DNA from: an uncultured Chloroflexia bacterium
GTDB taxonomy: Bacteria; Chloroflexota; Limnocylindria; Limnocylindrales; CSP1-4
Reading direction: 5' to 3'
Assembly: GCA_963734535.1 (NCBI GenBank)
Contig: CAVTHS010000003.1
Span: 160,001 to 224,000 of the forward strand
DNA: 64,000 nt
Part shown: in pieces, positions 10,126 to 20,186 of the stretch
Layout of the letters: each line of letters starts with the position of its first letter
Position numbering within the stretch: position 1 is the stretch's first letter
Translations under genes and position numbers: made by a program
Notes under the pieces: model-generated
What the model saw: only the letters and a program-made list of their open reading frames with translations
The model's database searches: none
Told to the model about the DNA's origin: nothing

Positions 10126-11156
10126 CCCTGCGGCCTGCCTCCGGCGATCGCGCCCACGGCGCGATGGCGGGCGAGCCCGAGGTCGTGATCGCGGGCTCGG
10201 CGAGCCGCGACATCGCCCCCGACGACCAGCGTGGCTGGCGGCTGGGCGGCGGGGTCACCTATGCGGCGCTCACGTGCGCGCGTCTCGGCGTGCGCACGGC
10301 CGCGGTCATCGGCCTCGATCCGCAGGCCTACGAGTCGCACGAGCTCGAGCTGCTGGAGGCGGCGGGCGTGACCCTGCTCCGCGTTCGGCTCCACCTCGGC
10401 CCGGTCTTCCGGAACGTCGATTCGCCGGACGGCCGGATCCAGACCTGCCTGGAGCCGGGGCTGCCGCTGCCGCACGTCGCCGTGCCGCTCGCCTGGCGGG
10501 CCGCGCCGGCCTGGATCCTGGCGCCCGTCGCAGGAGAGCTCGACGACGCCTGGGCCGACCCGATCCCCGCCGACGCGTTCGTGGCGCTGGGGTGGCAGGG
10601 ATTGCTGCGCACGCTGCGCGCCGGGACCCGCGTCGAGCGCCGAGCGCCGGCCCCAGGGCGCCTCGTGCGGCGGGCCGACGTCGTCGGCGTCAGCGAGCAC
10701 GACGTGGCGCCCGGGACGTCGCCCGGGGACCTCGCCCCGCTGCTGCACCCGGGCGCATGGCTCGTCTTCACCCACGGCGTCGCCGGCGGGCGCATCGCCG
10801 AGGTGACGGAGGACGGCCTCGCGCGCGTCGTCCACTACCCGGCGGTCGGGGCGGCGGGCGAGGTGGACGCCACCGGCGCAGGCGACACGTTCCTCGCGGC
10901 CCTCGTCTCGAGCGTCGTCCAGGGAGGTCCGGACCACGCGGGCGACCGGGCCGAGCGTCCCGGGCTCACGCGCGCCGCCAGGCCGCTCCCGGACGTCCGG
11001 TTCGCGGCAGCGGCCGCCTCGTTCACCGTGGAAGGGCCAGGCCTGGCGGCCGTGCCGGATCGAGCGGCCGTCCTCGGCCGGCTCGCGGGCGGTGCGGGTC
11101 AGTCGTCCCCGGAGCCGCCGTCCTCGCCGACGTACTCGGCGAAGGCTCCCCGGTAG
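10122..11156 (+). CDS. PfkB-family carbohydrate kinase
   Basis: LGGGVTYA and DATGAGDTF signatures. Confidence 0.85.
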   Translation: MTLRPASGDRAHGAMAGEPEVVIAGSASRDIAPDDQRGWRLGGGVTYAALTCARLGVRTAAVIGLDPQAYESHELELLEAAGVTLLRVRLHLGPVFRNVDSPDGRIQTCLEPGLPLPHVAVPLAWRAAPAWILAPVAGELDDAWADPIPADAFVALGWQGLLRTLRAGTRVERRAPAPGRLVRRADVVGVSEHDVAPGTSPGDLAPLLHPGAWLVFTHGVAGGRIAEVTEDGLARVVHYPAVGAAGEVDATGAGDTFLAALVSSVVQGGPDHAGDRAERPGLTRAARPLPDVRFAAAAASFTVEGPGLAAVPDRAAVLGRLAGGAGQSSPEPPSSPTYSAKAPR

Positions 11157-11464
11157 TCCGTGTTCGCGAGGCCGAGGGCGCTGAACTCGTCCTCCGACGC
11201 GATCAGAAAGTTCTCGTCCTCGTCGGTCGACACGTTGACCGCCGCGGTCACTCGCTCGTCGGAGATGAACAGGAACGCGTGGGTGCGCTCGAGCTCGACC
11301 GCGATCGCCTCGATCAGGGTGTCCTCCTCGTGATGGCCCTGGACGTTCTTCCGAATGCCCTGGACCAGGTCGAAGAACTCGTCCGCGGGCATCTCCTCCT
11401 CGCGGGCGAGGAGGACGTCGGTGTAGAGCTCGTCGTCGCCCTCGTGGAGCTCGTAGAAGTGCAC
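11099..11464 (-). CDS. Hypothetical strongly acidic protein
   Basis: AAGGAG SD before GTG, upstream TAGAAT -10; coding-like codon usage; 33 D/E of 121 aa. Confidence 0.8.
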   Translation of the reverse strand: MHFYELHEGDDELYTDVLLAREEEMPADEFFDLVQGIRKNVQGHHEEDTLIEAIAVELERTHAFLFISDERVTAAVNVSTDEDENFLIASEDEFSALGLANTDYRGAFAEYVGEDGGSGDD

Positions 11465-11494
11465 CGGATCTCCTTTGGTGGGTGGTAGGCGATT

Positions 11495-12781
11495 CTAGCG
11501 GGCGACGGGGAGCGATCCGACCGCGACCCGCCCGGCGATCGTCGCGAGCGCCTCGAGCGTCCGGTCGACCTCGGCCTCGGTGGAGTAGTGGACCAGGCCG
11601 AGCCGCAGGACACCGCCGCGTTCGTCGAGCCCCAGGCGCTCGATCAGCCCGCGGGCGTAGAAGTCGCCGTCCCACGTGAAGATGCCCGCCCGGCCGAGCT
11701 CCGCCGCCGCGTCCGCCGGCGAGGTCCCCCCGATCGTGACCGCGAAGGTGGGCGTCCGCTCCGCCAGCCTGGCCGGGTCCGCGATCCCCCAGACGCGCAG
11801 CCCCGGGATGGCGACGAGGCCGTCGAGCATCCTGCCGGCGAGCGCCCGCTCGTGGCCCACGATCGCATCCATGGCCGCCACCAGCTCACCGCGGGCGTCC
11901 CCGGAGTCCGCGCCGCGGGCCGGGCTGCCGTACGTCCGGCCGAGATCGCGGAGGTAGTCGACGGCGGCGAGCGTGCCCGCGTACGCCTCGAACGATGGCG
12001 TCCCGGTCTCGAAACGGTCGTGGGCCGGGCGGACCTTGTAGGCGGGCAGGCGATCGAGGACGGCGGCCTTCCCGTAGAGCGCCCCGAGGTGCGGCCCGAA
12101 CCACTTGTAGACCGAGCAGACAAGGAAGTCCGCGTCGAGCGCGGCCACGTCGATCGAGCCGTGGGGCGCGAAGTGGACCGCATCGACGTACGAGAGCGCC
12201 CCGGCGGCGTGAATGCGCCTGATGATCTCGCCGACGGGGCTCACCGTGCCCAGCGCGTTCGAGGCGTACCCGAACGCGACAAGCCGCGTCCGGGGACCGA
12301 GGGCGGCGTCGAGGGAGTCGAGATCGAGGGTGCCGTCCTCCAGGTGGATGTCCACGGTCCGGATCTCGAGGCCGCGATCCGCGGCGATCGCGCGCCACGG
12401 CGACACGTTCGCCTCGTGATCGAGCGTGGTGACCACGATCTCGTCGCCGGCCGAGAACGTCGCGGCGATCGCCCGGCTGACGTGGAAGGTGAGCGTCGTC
12501 ATGTTGGCGCCGAGCTTCACCTCGTCCGGGGAGGCGGCCCCGAGGAAGGTCGCGACGGCGGCATGCGTGGCGGCCGCGAGGGCATCCGTCGCCTCGCTCG
12601 TGACGAAGGCCCCGCCGCTGTTCGCGTTCATCGTGCGGTAGTAGCCGGACACCGCGTCGATCACCCGGTCCGGGACCTGCGTGCCACCAGGCCCGTCGAG
12701 GAACACCACGGGGCGTCCATCCAGCTGGCGGCGCAGGGCCGGGAACTGGGCGCGGATCGCGGCGACGTCGAAGGGATGCAT
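11495..12781 (-). CDS. Cysteine desulfurase-like class V aminotransferase (VC1184/TIGR01976-like)
   Basis: IRAQFPAL, FLDGPGGTQVP, LDHEANV, VDAVH, CSVYKWFGPH (PLP Lys), FETGT; GGAG SD before ATG12781. Confidence 0.9.
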   Translation of the reverse strand: MHPFDVAAIRAQFPALRRQLDGRPVVFLDGPGGTQVPDRVIDAVSGYYRTMNANSGGAFVTSEATDALAAATHAAVATFLGAASPDEVKLGANMTTLTFHVSRAIAATFSAGDEIVVTTLDHEANVSPWRAIAADRGLEIRTVDIHLEDGTLDLDSLDAALGPRTRLVAFGYASNALGTVSPVGEIIRRIHAAGALSYVDAVHFAPHGSIDVAALDADFLVCSVYKWFGPHLGALYGKAAVLDRLPAYKVRPAHDRFETGTPSFEAYAGTLAAVDYLRDLGRTYGSPARGADSGDARGELVAAMDAIVGHERALAGRMLDGLVAIPGLRVWGIADPARLAERTPTFAVTIGGTSPADAAAELGRAGIFTWDGDFYARGLIERLGLDERGGVLRLGLVHYSTEAEVDRTLEALATIAGRVAVGSLPVAR

Positions 12782-12819
12782 GCGGGCTCCTCGGTGCGGC
12801 GGGATCGCCACCGAGCCTA

Positions 12820-14201
12820 TCACCGCGGTCCGGCACGAGCCTCATGGCGTGTGGCCTCGTCACGTGGACCGCGGCCATCGGCGGGAGCGGGGCGGGGTGG
12901 GGCATCACCGGGCGGGAGGCCTGCGCCGGCGCGGCGGAGCCGGTCCCCGAGCCGCCGGCGGCGATGGGCGAGCGCAGGCTCCAGGGCCGGGTCGGGCACC
13001 CCCAGGAGCCTTGAACGCTGGGCGGCGCGCTCCGCGGCAGCCGTCGCGGCGAGCGCCCCGGCATGATCCGCGAGGACGTGCTCCCGGAGCTTCGCGACCT
13101 CGACCCAGGCGCGGGCGGCGCCGGGACCACCGGCGGCCGCGATCGTCTCCCATGCGGCGGCCGCCTCCCCGGGGCGCCCGAGGCGGCGGAGCGTCCGGGC
13201 GCGCTCGGCGCGGATCCGTTCGCGCGAGACCGTGACGATCGGGATCACGGCACCGAATGGCCACGCGTCGGACCCGCGGGCCGGCGGTCGCCAGCCGGCG
13301 TCGGCTTCGTCGAGGCAGCCGAGCGCGGCGTCGTGGCGTCGTTCCCGGGTGAAGCCGCGGGCAAGCGCGACGAGATCGCCCGACGGGGCCAGCGGACGGC
13401 GATCCGGATCCGCGTACCGTTGATCGAGGTGGACGAGGAGCCGACCGAGCGAGCGCACGTCCTCCGCGTTGTGAGCCACCACGGGCGCAAGCGGCACGGC
13501 GCTCCCGCCGCGCACGAACGAAAGGTAGCGCTCCGGGATCTCCCAGCCGCCCACGTCGCCGTCCCGCCGCACGCCGAGCAGCTCGCGCTCCACCGTGGCA
13601 AGCCTCGCGTCGCCCAGGCGGTGCCGGAAGAGGCGCCGGACATGGGGCAGGAGGTCGAGCATCCCGGCGTGCACGGGCGCGGCCCGGCGCGCGAGTCGGT
13701 ACCGCGTCACGAGGAGCGGCCAGTCGAAGCCGCGGCCGTTGTAGGTGACGAGCCACGCGTCGCGCGGGATCGCGGCGTCGAGCGCGGCGAGGAGCGCCGG
13801 CTCGTCGGCGTGGTCGGGGCAGAGGAGCTGGACCTGGCGGAAACGCTCGCCCTCCCACCAGCCGAGACCGACGAGGAACGCGAGCGTCCCCGCGGCGGTG
13901 CCCAGCCCGGTCGTCTCGGTGTCGAGACAGACGAGGCGCGCGTCCGCCGGGGGCTGGCCCGGCAACGACGCGAGGCGCGGACGAACGATCGGCAGCGCGA
14001 TGGTCGCCGGCTCCACGCGGACCACGTGGCCGCGGGGCCCGTGGAGCCACTCGCCGCCGACGGCCGCGGCAAGGCGCTGGGCCCGGGCGCGCCGCCCTCG
14101 CGACCCGTGGACGCGCCGTCCTCGTGCGGGGCTGCCGGGAGCGTGGCCCGCGACGCCCGAAGAGCGGCGAGGCGCCGCTGGAGGAGCGCCGTGTCGCTCA
14201 T
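12820..14201 (-). CDS. RNase H-like exonuclease with TPR-like C-terminus (YprB/MrfB-like); apparent frameshift near 14090
   Basis: CLDTETTGL, VTYNGRGFDWP, HNAEDV; ATG14201 overlaps the helicase stop (ATGA) but lies in a different frame from the body. Confidence 0.85.
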
Positions 14202-16523
14202 GCCGCCCCAACGCTCCGGGTCCGGCTCGCGAGGCCTGCCCCGAGCTCCTCGAGAAGCCGCATTGCCAGCCGCCTGGCGTCGAGATCGGCCTCGCCGCCC
14301 GGGGCTCGCGGCCCGGTGCACGACGGGCAGCCGGATTCACAGGCGCAGGCGGCGATAAGGTCGGCGGCACCGGCGACCAGCTCGTCGTGCCGGTTCCAGA
14401 GCCGCTCGGACATGCCGACGCCGCCGGGGACTGCCTCGTACAGGTAGATCGTCGGCGCCTCCGAGTGGGGCGAGCGCACCTGGGCGACGAGGCCGAGGTC
14501 GCGGGGATCGACCATCAGGAGCACGCTCGCCACGGTCTGCATTGCCCGCCCGGCGCCGAGCAGCGCAACGTCGAGCTCCTCGCGCCGCCACCTCCCAGGC
14601 AGGGCATCCGCCGCGACCCAGTAGGCGGTCGTCTGCAGCTCGATCTCGGGGAGGTCGATCGGTCCCCAGCCGACGTTCTCGTCGGTGCCGAACTTGAGCT
14701 TCTTGTAGAAGGTGACGAGGCTGGCGACCATCACCTCCCCGTGGACGCGACGACCTCCGGTGGCGGGACCGGCGCCGAAGACGTCGATCGGCTTGAGCGT
14801 CACGGCCCGGTTCGCGTACGTGTAGTGATCGGCGTCGATACGGTGGACGTAGGCCTTGCGCTCGCCCCACTCCAGCCGGTCGACGTGGTACTGGATGGAT
14901 TCGTGCATGTAGATCGCGTGCTGGTGGACGAGCACCTGGGCCGAGAACAGGTCGACCTCGCCGAGCACGCGCGGTCGGTCCGGTGTCGTGTCGATGATCA
15001 CCACGTTCTCCGGCGCCGCCGTGCGCAGCGAGACCTCCGAGGCCGGGAAGTTCTCCGAGCTCCAGTACCAGCGGCCGTCCTCGCCTTCGTGCACGTGGCC
15101 GCTCTCCGCGATGAACGCGAGGAGGTCGTCGGCCGGCCCCTGGCCGAACGCCTCGCCCGGGTCGAAGGGCATCTCGAACGTGGCCGCCCGGATGTGCGCA
15201 AGCAGGACGTGCAGGTTGTCGGGGTCGACGCGCGCCTCCTCGGGCGGGCCGTCGAGGAGGAACTCCGGGTGGTGGACGACGTACTGGTCCACCGGCGCCG
15301 CGGATGCGACGAGGATCGCGACCGAGACGTCCTGGCGCCGCCCGGCGCGGCCGAACTGCTGCCAGGTGGCGGCGATCGAGCCCGGGTAGCCGGCAAGGAC
15401 GGCGACGTCGAGGCGGCCGATGTCGACCCCGAGCTCCAGCGCGTTCGTGCTCACGACGCCGAGGACATGGCCGTCGCGCAGGCCCTCCTCGATCGATCGG
15501 CGCTCGGTCGGCAGGTAGCCGCCACGGTAGCCGCGCACCCGTGTCCGCGGTCCCAGGTGCTGGCGAAGCGCCTCGCGGAGCCCCGTCAGCACGACCTCCA
15601 CCGCCGTCCGCGAGCGGGCGAAGACGATGGTCTGGCGGCCGGCCCGGATGAACGGGAGCGCCCACCGCTGGGCGAGCGTGAGGGCCGATCCGCGCGCGCC
15701 CGACGGCGCGTCGATCACGGGTGGGTCCACGAAGAGCAGGTGCCGTTCGCCGGCTGGAGCCCCGTTTCGATCCACGACAAGGGGAGCCCGGCCGGTCAGC
15801 GCCGTCGCGAGCTCGCCCGGGTTCGCGATCGTGGCGGAGCAGGTGACGATCACCGGGTTCGAGCCGTAGTGGCGGCAGATGCGGAGCAGCCGCCGGAGCG
15901 ACGTTGGCGACGTGGCTGCCGAAGAGCCCGCGGTACGTGTGCAGCTCGTCGATGACGATCACGGAGACCTGCTCGAAGAGCTGGAACCACTTGGTGTGGT
16001 GCGGGAGGATCGCCGCGTGGAGCATGTCCGGGTTGGTGACCACGACCTGGCCGGCCGTCCGGATCGCCGAGCGGATCGGGGCGGGCGTGTCCCCGTCGTA
16101 GGTCGCGGCGGAGATCGCGAGGCCGGCGGCTCCCGCCAGGGAGCGGAACGCGGCGACCTGGTCCTCACCCAGGGCCTTTGTCGGAAAGAGCCAGAGCGCC
16201 CGGGCGGACGGGTTCTCCGCGAGCGCCTGGAGGACCGGCAGCTCGTAGCACAGGCTCTTCCCGGACGCGGTGGGCGTCACGACGCAGACGTCGCGTCCGG
16301 CGCGAACCGCCTCCAGCGCCACGGCCTGGTGGGTGTAGAGGGCGGCGATTCCCTGCTGCGCCAACGCTGCCCGGATGCGTGGATCTACCCACTCGGGGAT
16401 CGGTGCGGTCTCCGCGGCCCGGGCGGCCAGCAGGGCATGGTGGACGACGCCGCGCGCCAGCGACGGGTCGTCGAGCAGCCGCGCGAGCACCGCGTCGGCC
16501 GAAGCGGGCGCATACGTGCGCAT
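14198..16523 (-). CDS. DEAD/DEAH helicase with DUF1998 Zn domain (MrfA/YprA/Hrq1-like); apparent +1 frameshift near 15900
   Basis: TPTASGKSLCY, TNPDMLH, DELH, SATIANP, YRGGYLP, ALELGVDIG, QQFGRAGR, C-terminal CACESGCPSC; GAGGAGG SD. Confidence 0.9.
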
Positions 16524-16644
16524 CCAGGCGCCTCCTCGCATATAGAACAGACGAGCGGTATATGGCGAGTCTAGCACCCGGATCCGGGCGCTTCGGGGGA
16601 TCGTGCCCGTGGTCCGTGACAGCTTGTCCGGCACGCCGCGCGGT

Positions 16645-16674
16645 TTGACACGCTAGCCTGCGTGCAGCTACCAT
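16645..16674 (+). promoter_or_regulatory. Sigma70-type promoter (leaderless) of ftsB-like gene
   Basis: TTGACA (16645-16650), 18 nt, TACCAT (16669-16674), 6 nt, ATG 16681. Confidence 0.75.
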
Positions 16675-16680
16675 CCGGCC

Positions 16681-17193
16681 ATGCCGCCGAAGCCGACGCC
16701 GACCGTGGCCGACCCGGACGCGGTCGAGGAGGCCGCAACCCCACCGACACCCGACGCGGGCCCGGTGCCTGTCTCGCTTGCCGGGCTGGGGATCGCCGGA
16801 CTCTCCCGGCACCGAATCGGCTGGGCCGCGGTTGCGCTCGTCACGGTCTGGGTCCTCGTGAGCTTCGCGGGGCAGGCCTCGGCGGCCGCGCGCGCGGGGG
16901 AGCGCGCGACGCAGGAGCAGACCACGAACCAGGCGCTGGTCGCGCGCGTGGCGGCGCTCCGTGACGAGCTGAACCTCGTCCAGACGCAGCGCTGGATTCT
17001 CCAGCAGGCGCGGGCCTATGGCCTCGGCACGCGGGCCGAGCGGCCGTTCGCGATCGCGGCCGATGCTCCATCGATCGCACCGGACGCGCCAGGCTCTCCG
17101 GCACGGCGCCTCGGGTCGGTCGTCGAACGGCGCTCGCCGCTCGACGTCTGGCTGGACGCCCTGTTCGGGGCAGGTGGCGGCGCGGGCAGCTGA
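16681..17193 (+). CDS. Septum formation initiator-like protein (FtsB/DivIC family)
   Basis: One TM helix followed by a coiled coil (NQALVARVAALRDELNLV) and the 'QQARAYGL..E' motif. Confidence 0.65.
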   Translation: MPPKPTPTVADPDAVEEAATPPTPDAGPVPVSLAGLGIAGLSRHRIGWAAVALVTVWVLVSFAGQASAAARAGERATQEQTTNQALVARVAALRDELNLVQTQRWILQQARAYGLGTRAERPFAIAADAPSIAPDAPGSPARRLGSVVERRSPLDVWLDALFGAGGGAGS

Positions 17194-17246
17194 CCTCCGC
17201 CGGGCGCGTCGGCCGTCCGGCCCGGGTCGCGACCGGAGAATCCGGC

Positions 17247-17276
17247 TTGACGGCAACCGCGCCTGACGTGCAAGAT
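17247..17276 (+). promoter_or_regulatory. Putative sigma70 promoter of inositol operon
   Basis: TTGACG (17247-17252), 18 nt, CAAGAT (17271-17276). Confidence 0.55.
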
Positions 17277-17280
17277 CGCC

Positions 17281-17296
17281 GTGCAATCGATTACAC
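17281..17296. promoter_or_regulatory. LacI-family operator palindrome
   Basis: GTGCAATCGATTACAC, a near-perfect palindrome with central CG matching the LacI/CcpA TGnAAnCGnTTnCA pattern, directly downstream of the -10. Confidence 0.75.
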
Positions 17297-17416
17297 CGTT
17301 CACGGGGACCGCGCGGGCGAGGGCGGGCGAGACCGTCGTTCGAGCGGTGGACGCGTCGAGCGCCGGGCTGATGGAGTCGAGCGCCGCCCGCGAGAGCGGC
17401 CAGGGTGGAGGCGAGG

Positions 17417-19234
17417 ATGGGTTCGGATGCGGCTGGCACACGCCGGTTGACGGGCGCCCAGGTCCTGGTCGAATACCTGGTCCGCCAGGGCGTCCCATAC
17501 GCGGTGGGGATCCCCGGCCACGGCTGCTGGAACCTGACCGACGTGCTCCTTGATCATGCCGACCGCGTGCAGACGATCCAGGTGATGCACGAGCAGTCGG
17601 CGGTCCACGTCGCCGACGCCTACTTCCGGGTCACCGGTCGCCCGCTCCTGGCGTTCACCAGCATCGGCCCGGGGCAGACGAACACGGTGGTCGGCATGGC
17701 GACGGCGTACGCCGATTCCACGGCCGTCATGCTCATGACGGGATCCGCACACACCTACATGCGCGGCCACGGGCTCTTCCAGGAGGTCGAGCGTCGCCAT
17801 GTCGCGGACAACCCGCGAGTGTTCGAGCCCGTGGTGAAGGAGTGGTGGCAGCCGTCGCGCGTGGACGAGCTGCCCTTCGTTCTCCACCGTGCCTGGAACC
17901 AGATGCTCTCCGGGCGTCCCGGGCCGGTCCTGCTGGACCTCCCGATGGACGTCCAGGCGGAGGCGGCCGACGTCGTGATCCCGGATCCCGACGCCCGCGA
18001 GGCGCGCCATGGACCCCGGGCCGCGGTGCAGGATGTCGAGCGGGCGGCCGCCCTGCTTCGCACCGCCAGGCGGCCGGTCATCGTGGCAGGCGGCGGCGTC
18101 ATGCTGGCCGCCGCCTGGGCCGAGCTGACGAGGCTCGCCGAGCGCATTGGCGCCCCGGTCGTCACGACATGGCAGGGCAAGGGTGCCATCGACGAGACCC
18201 ACGAGCTGAATGCATGGAGCATCGGGGACACCGCCTCCACGTGCGGCAACGAGCTCGCGGCATCGGCCGACGTCCTGCTGGCGGTCGGCTGCCGGTTCAC
18301 CGACTGGTCCGCCAGCTCGTGGCGCAAGGGGGTCACCTTCTCGATCCCGCCGGCCAGGCTCATCCACCTCGACATCGACCCGCGCGAGATCGGCAAGAAC
18401 TACCCGGTCGAGGTGGGCCTCCTCGGTGACGCGAGGGCGACCCTCGAGGATCTGCTCGAGGCGCTGGGTCCGGGGACCGCCGGCCACTACCGGGGCTCGC
18501 CGTACTTCGAGGAGATCCAGGCGAAGAAGGCGGCCTGGGAGGAGCTCAAGCGGAAGAAGGAGCGCTCCTCCCTCACGCCGATGACGCAGGCCCGGGCGAT
18601 CTTCGAGATCCAGCAGGCAATGGGTCCGGACGCCATCGTCGTGACGGGCGCGGGCCTGCCGCAGAGCATCGTCAAGCAGAACTGGGTGACCCGCCTGCCG
18701 CGGACGCACGTCACGTCCGGTGGCTTCAGCACGATGGGGTTCACCGTTCCCGGCGCGATCGGCGCCGCGCTCGGCCAGCCGGGTCGCCCCGTGGTCGGCA
18801 TCGCAGGCGACGGCGACTTCCTGCAGACCGTCCAGGAGCTGGCCGCAGCCGAGATGCTGGGCATCCCGGTCGTGTTCGTGGTCCTCAACAACAGCGGCTG
18901 GATGAGCATCAAGGGCGGCCAGCGGGCGTTCTTCGGTCGGACGGCCAAGACCGACTTCGTGCGTCCCGACGGCACCCTCTACTCGCCCGACTACCGGGCG
19001 GTCGGCGAGGCGTTCGGGCTCCATGCCGAGCAGGTGGAGCATCCCGACGCGGTCCGCCCTGCCGTGGAGCGGGCCCTTGCCCACGGCGGGCCCGCCCTCG
19101 TCGCCGTGAACGTGGGCCGCGAGGCGGAGCACGCGCTCGACAAGACCGGGTGGTGGGACGCCCCCGTCCCCGAGTTTCATCCCGAGCAGTACGCGAGCCA
19201 GCTCGCTGGCCGAGCAGAGGAGCAGCACCGATGA
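17417..19234 (+). CDS. iolD: TPP-dependent enzyme, IolD-like (THcHDO hydrolase)
   Basis: RLTGAQVLV, GIPGHG, HEQ, TSIGPG, GDGDF...VLNN TPP motif, C-terminal WWDAPV as in IolD; iol context. Confidence 0.7.
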   Translation: MGSDAAGTRRLTGAQVLVEYLVRQGVPYAVGIPGHGCWNLTDVLLDHADRVQTIQVMHEQSAVHVADAYFRVTGRPLLAFTSIGPGQTNTVVGMATAYADSTAVMLMTGSAHTYMRGHGLFQEVERRHVADNPRVFEPVVKEWWQPSRVDELPFVLHRAWNQMLSGRPGPVLLDLPMDVQAEAADVVIPDPDAREARHGPRAAVQDVERAAALLRTARRPVIVAGGGVMLAAAWAELTRLAERIGAPVVTTWQGKGAIDETHELNAWSIGDTASTCGNELAASADVLLAVGCRFTDWSASSWRKGVTFSIPPARLIHLDIDPREIGKNYPVEVGLLGDARATLEDLLEALGPGTAGHYRGSPYFEEIQAKKAAWEELKRKKERSSLTPMTQARAIFEIQQAMGPDAIVVTGAGLPQSIVKQNWVTRLPRTHVTSGGFSTMGFTVPGAIGAALGQPGRPVVGIAGDGDFLQTVQELAAAEMLGIPVVFVVLNNSGWMSIKGGQRAFFGRTAKTDFVRPDGTLYSPDYRAVGEAFGLHAEQVEHPDAVRPAVERALAHGGPALVAVNVGREAEHALDKTGWWDAPVPEFHPEQYASQLAGRAEEQHR

Positions 19235-20175
19235 CAGGCGCACCGACGATCGAGGCAGCAGTCGCCCGCACCCGCGCGATCCCACGCGCCAGGATCGGGA
19301 TCGTCCACATCCTCTGGGCGAACGACGACCTGCCGGAGCTGACCCCGCCGATCGACGGGCTCCAGATCCTCGACGAGATCTCGCGGCTCGGCTACGAGGG
19401 CACCCAGCTCGCGGGCTCGTTCCCGCGCGGCGCCGCCCTCGACGAGGCCCTGGCCGCACGCTCCCTGCACATCGCCGAGGTCTACGCCTGCATCGAGTGC
19501 GACGGCGACGGCCCGGTCCCGGGCGCCCTCGAGGTCGGCCGGGCGAAGCTCGCCGAGCTGCATGCCGTCCATGGCGACACGCTCGTCGCGGCGCTCCCCG
19601 TCGGCCCGGCCCGCATCCCGTGGGGCGGTCGCGCGGATGGCCCCGGCGTCCCGCGGATGACCGAGGCGGGGTTCCGCGGGCTGGCGGGGCTGCTCGAGAC
19701 GCTCGGCCGGGAGGCGGCCGACCTGGGCCATGTGCTCGCGTTCCACAACCACGTCGGGACGTACGTCGAGACTCCCGCGGAGGTCGACCTCCTCTTCTCG
19801 ATGAGCGACCCGGCGATCGTGGGCTCCTGCCTGGACGTCGGGCACTACGTGCTCGGCGGCGGCGACCCGGTGGCCGCGCTGACCCGGTACGGCGACCGCG
19901 TGCGCCACTTCCACCTCAAGGACGTGGACCCGGCCGTGAGGGCCGCGATGGCCACGGGCGAGGTCGACGGGTTCCTGGCAGGCCTCCGGAGCCGCGTGTT
20001 CTGCGAGGCGGGCCGCGGCCTCCTCGACGTCCGCGCCCTCCTGCGCACGCTCGACGGGATGGACTATGCGGGCTGGCTCATGGTGGAGCAGGACACGTCC
20101 TGGCGGCCGCCCTCCGAGAGCGCCGCGATGAGCCGGGCCGTCGTCGACCTGATTCTGCGCGAGCTGGCCGGGTAG
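19231..20175 (+). CDS. iolE: Myo-inosose-2 dehydratase-like (xylose isomerase TIM barrel)
   Basis: WANDDLPEL, FHNHVGTYVET, LDVGH, HFHLKD, WLMVEQD; ATGA overlap. Confidence 0.8.
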   Translation: MTGAPTIEAAVARTRAIPRARIGIVHILWANDDLPELTPPIDGLQILDEISRLGYEGTQLAGSFPRGAALDEALAARSLHIAEVYACIECDGDGPVPGALEVGRAKLAELHAVHGDTLVAALPVGPARIPWGGRADGPGVPRMTEAGFRGLAGLLETLGREAADLGHVLAFHNHVGTYVETPAEVDLLFSMSDPAIVGSCLDVGHYVLGGGDPVAALTRYGDRVRHFHLKDVDPAVRAAMATGEVDGFLAGLRSRVFCEAGRGLLDVRALLRTLDGMDYAGWLMVEQDTSWRPPSESAAMSRAVVDLILRELAG

Positions 20176-20186
20176 GCTTCTTCACC

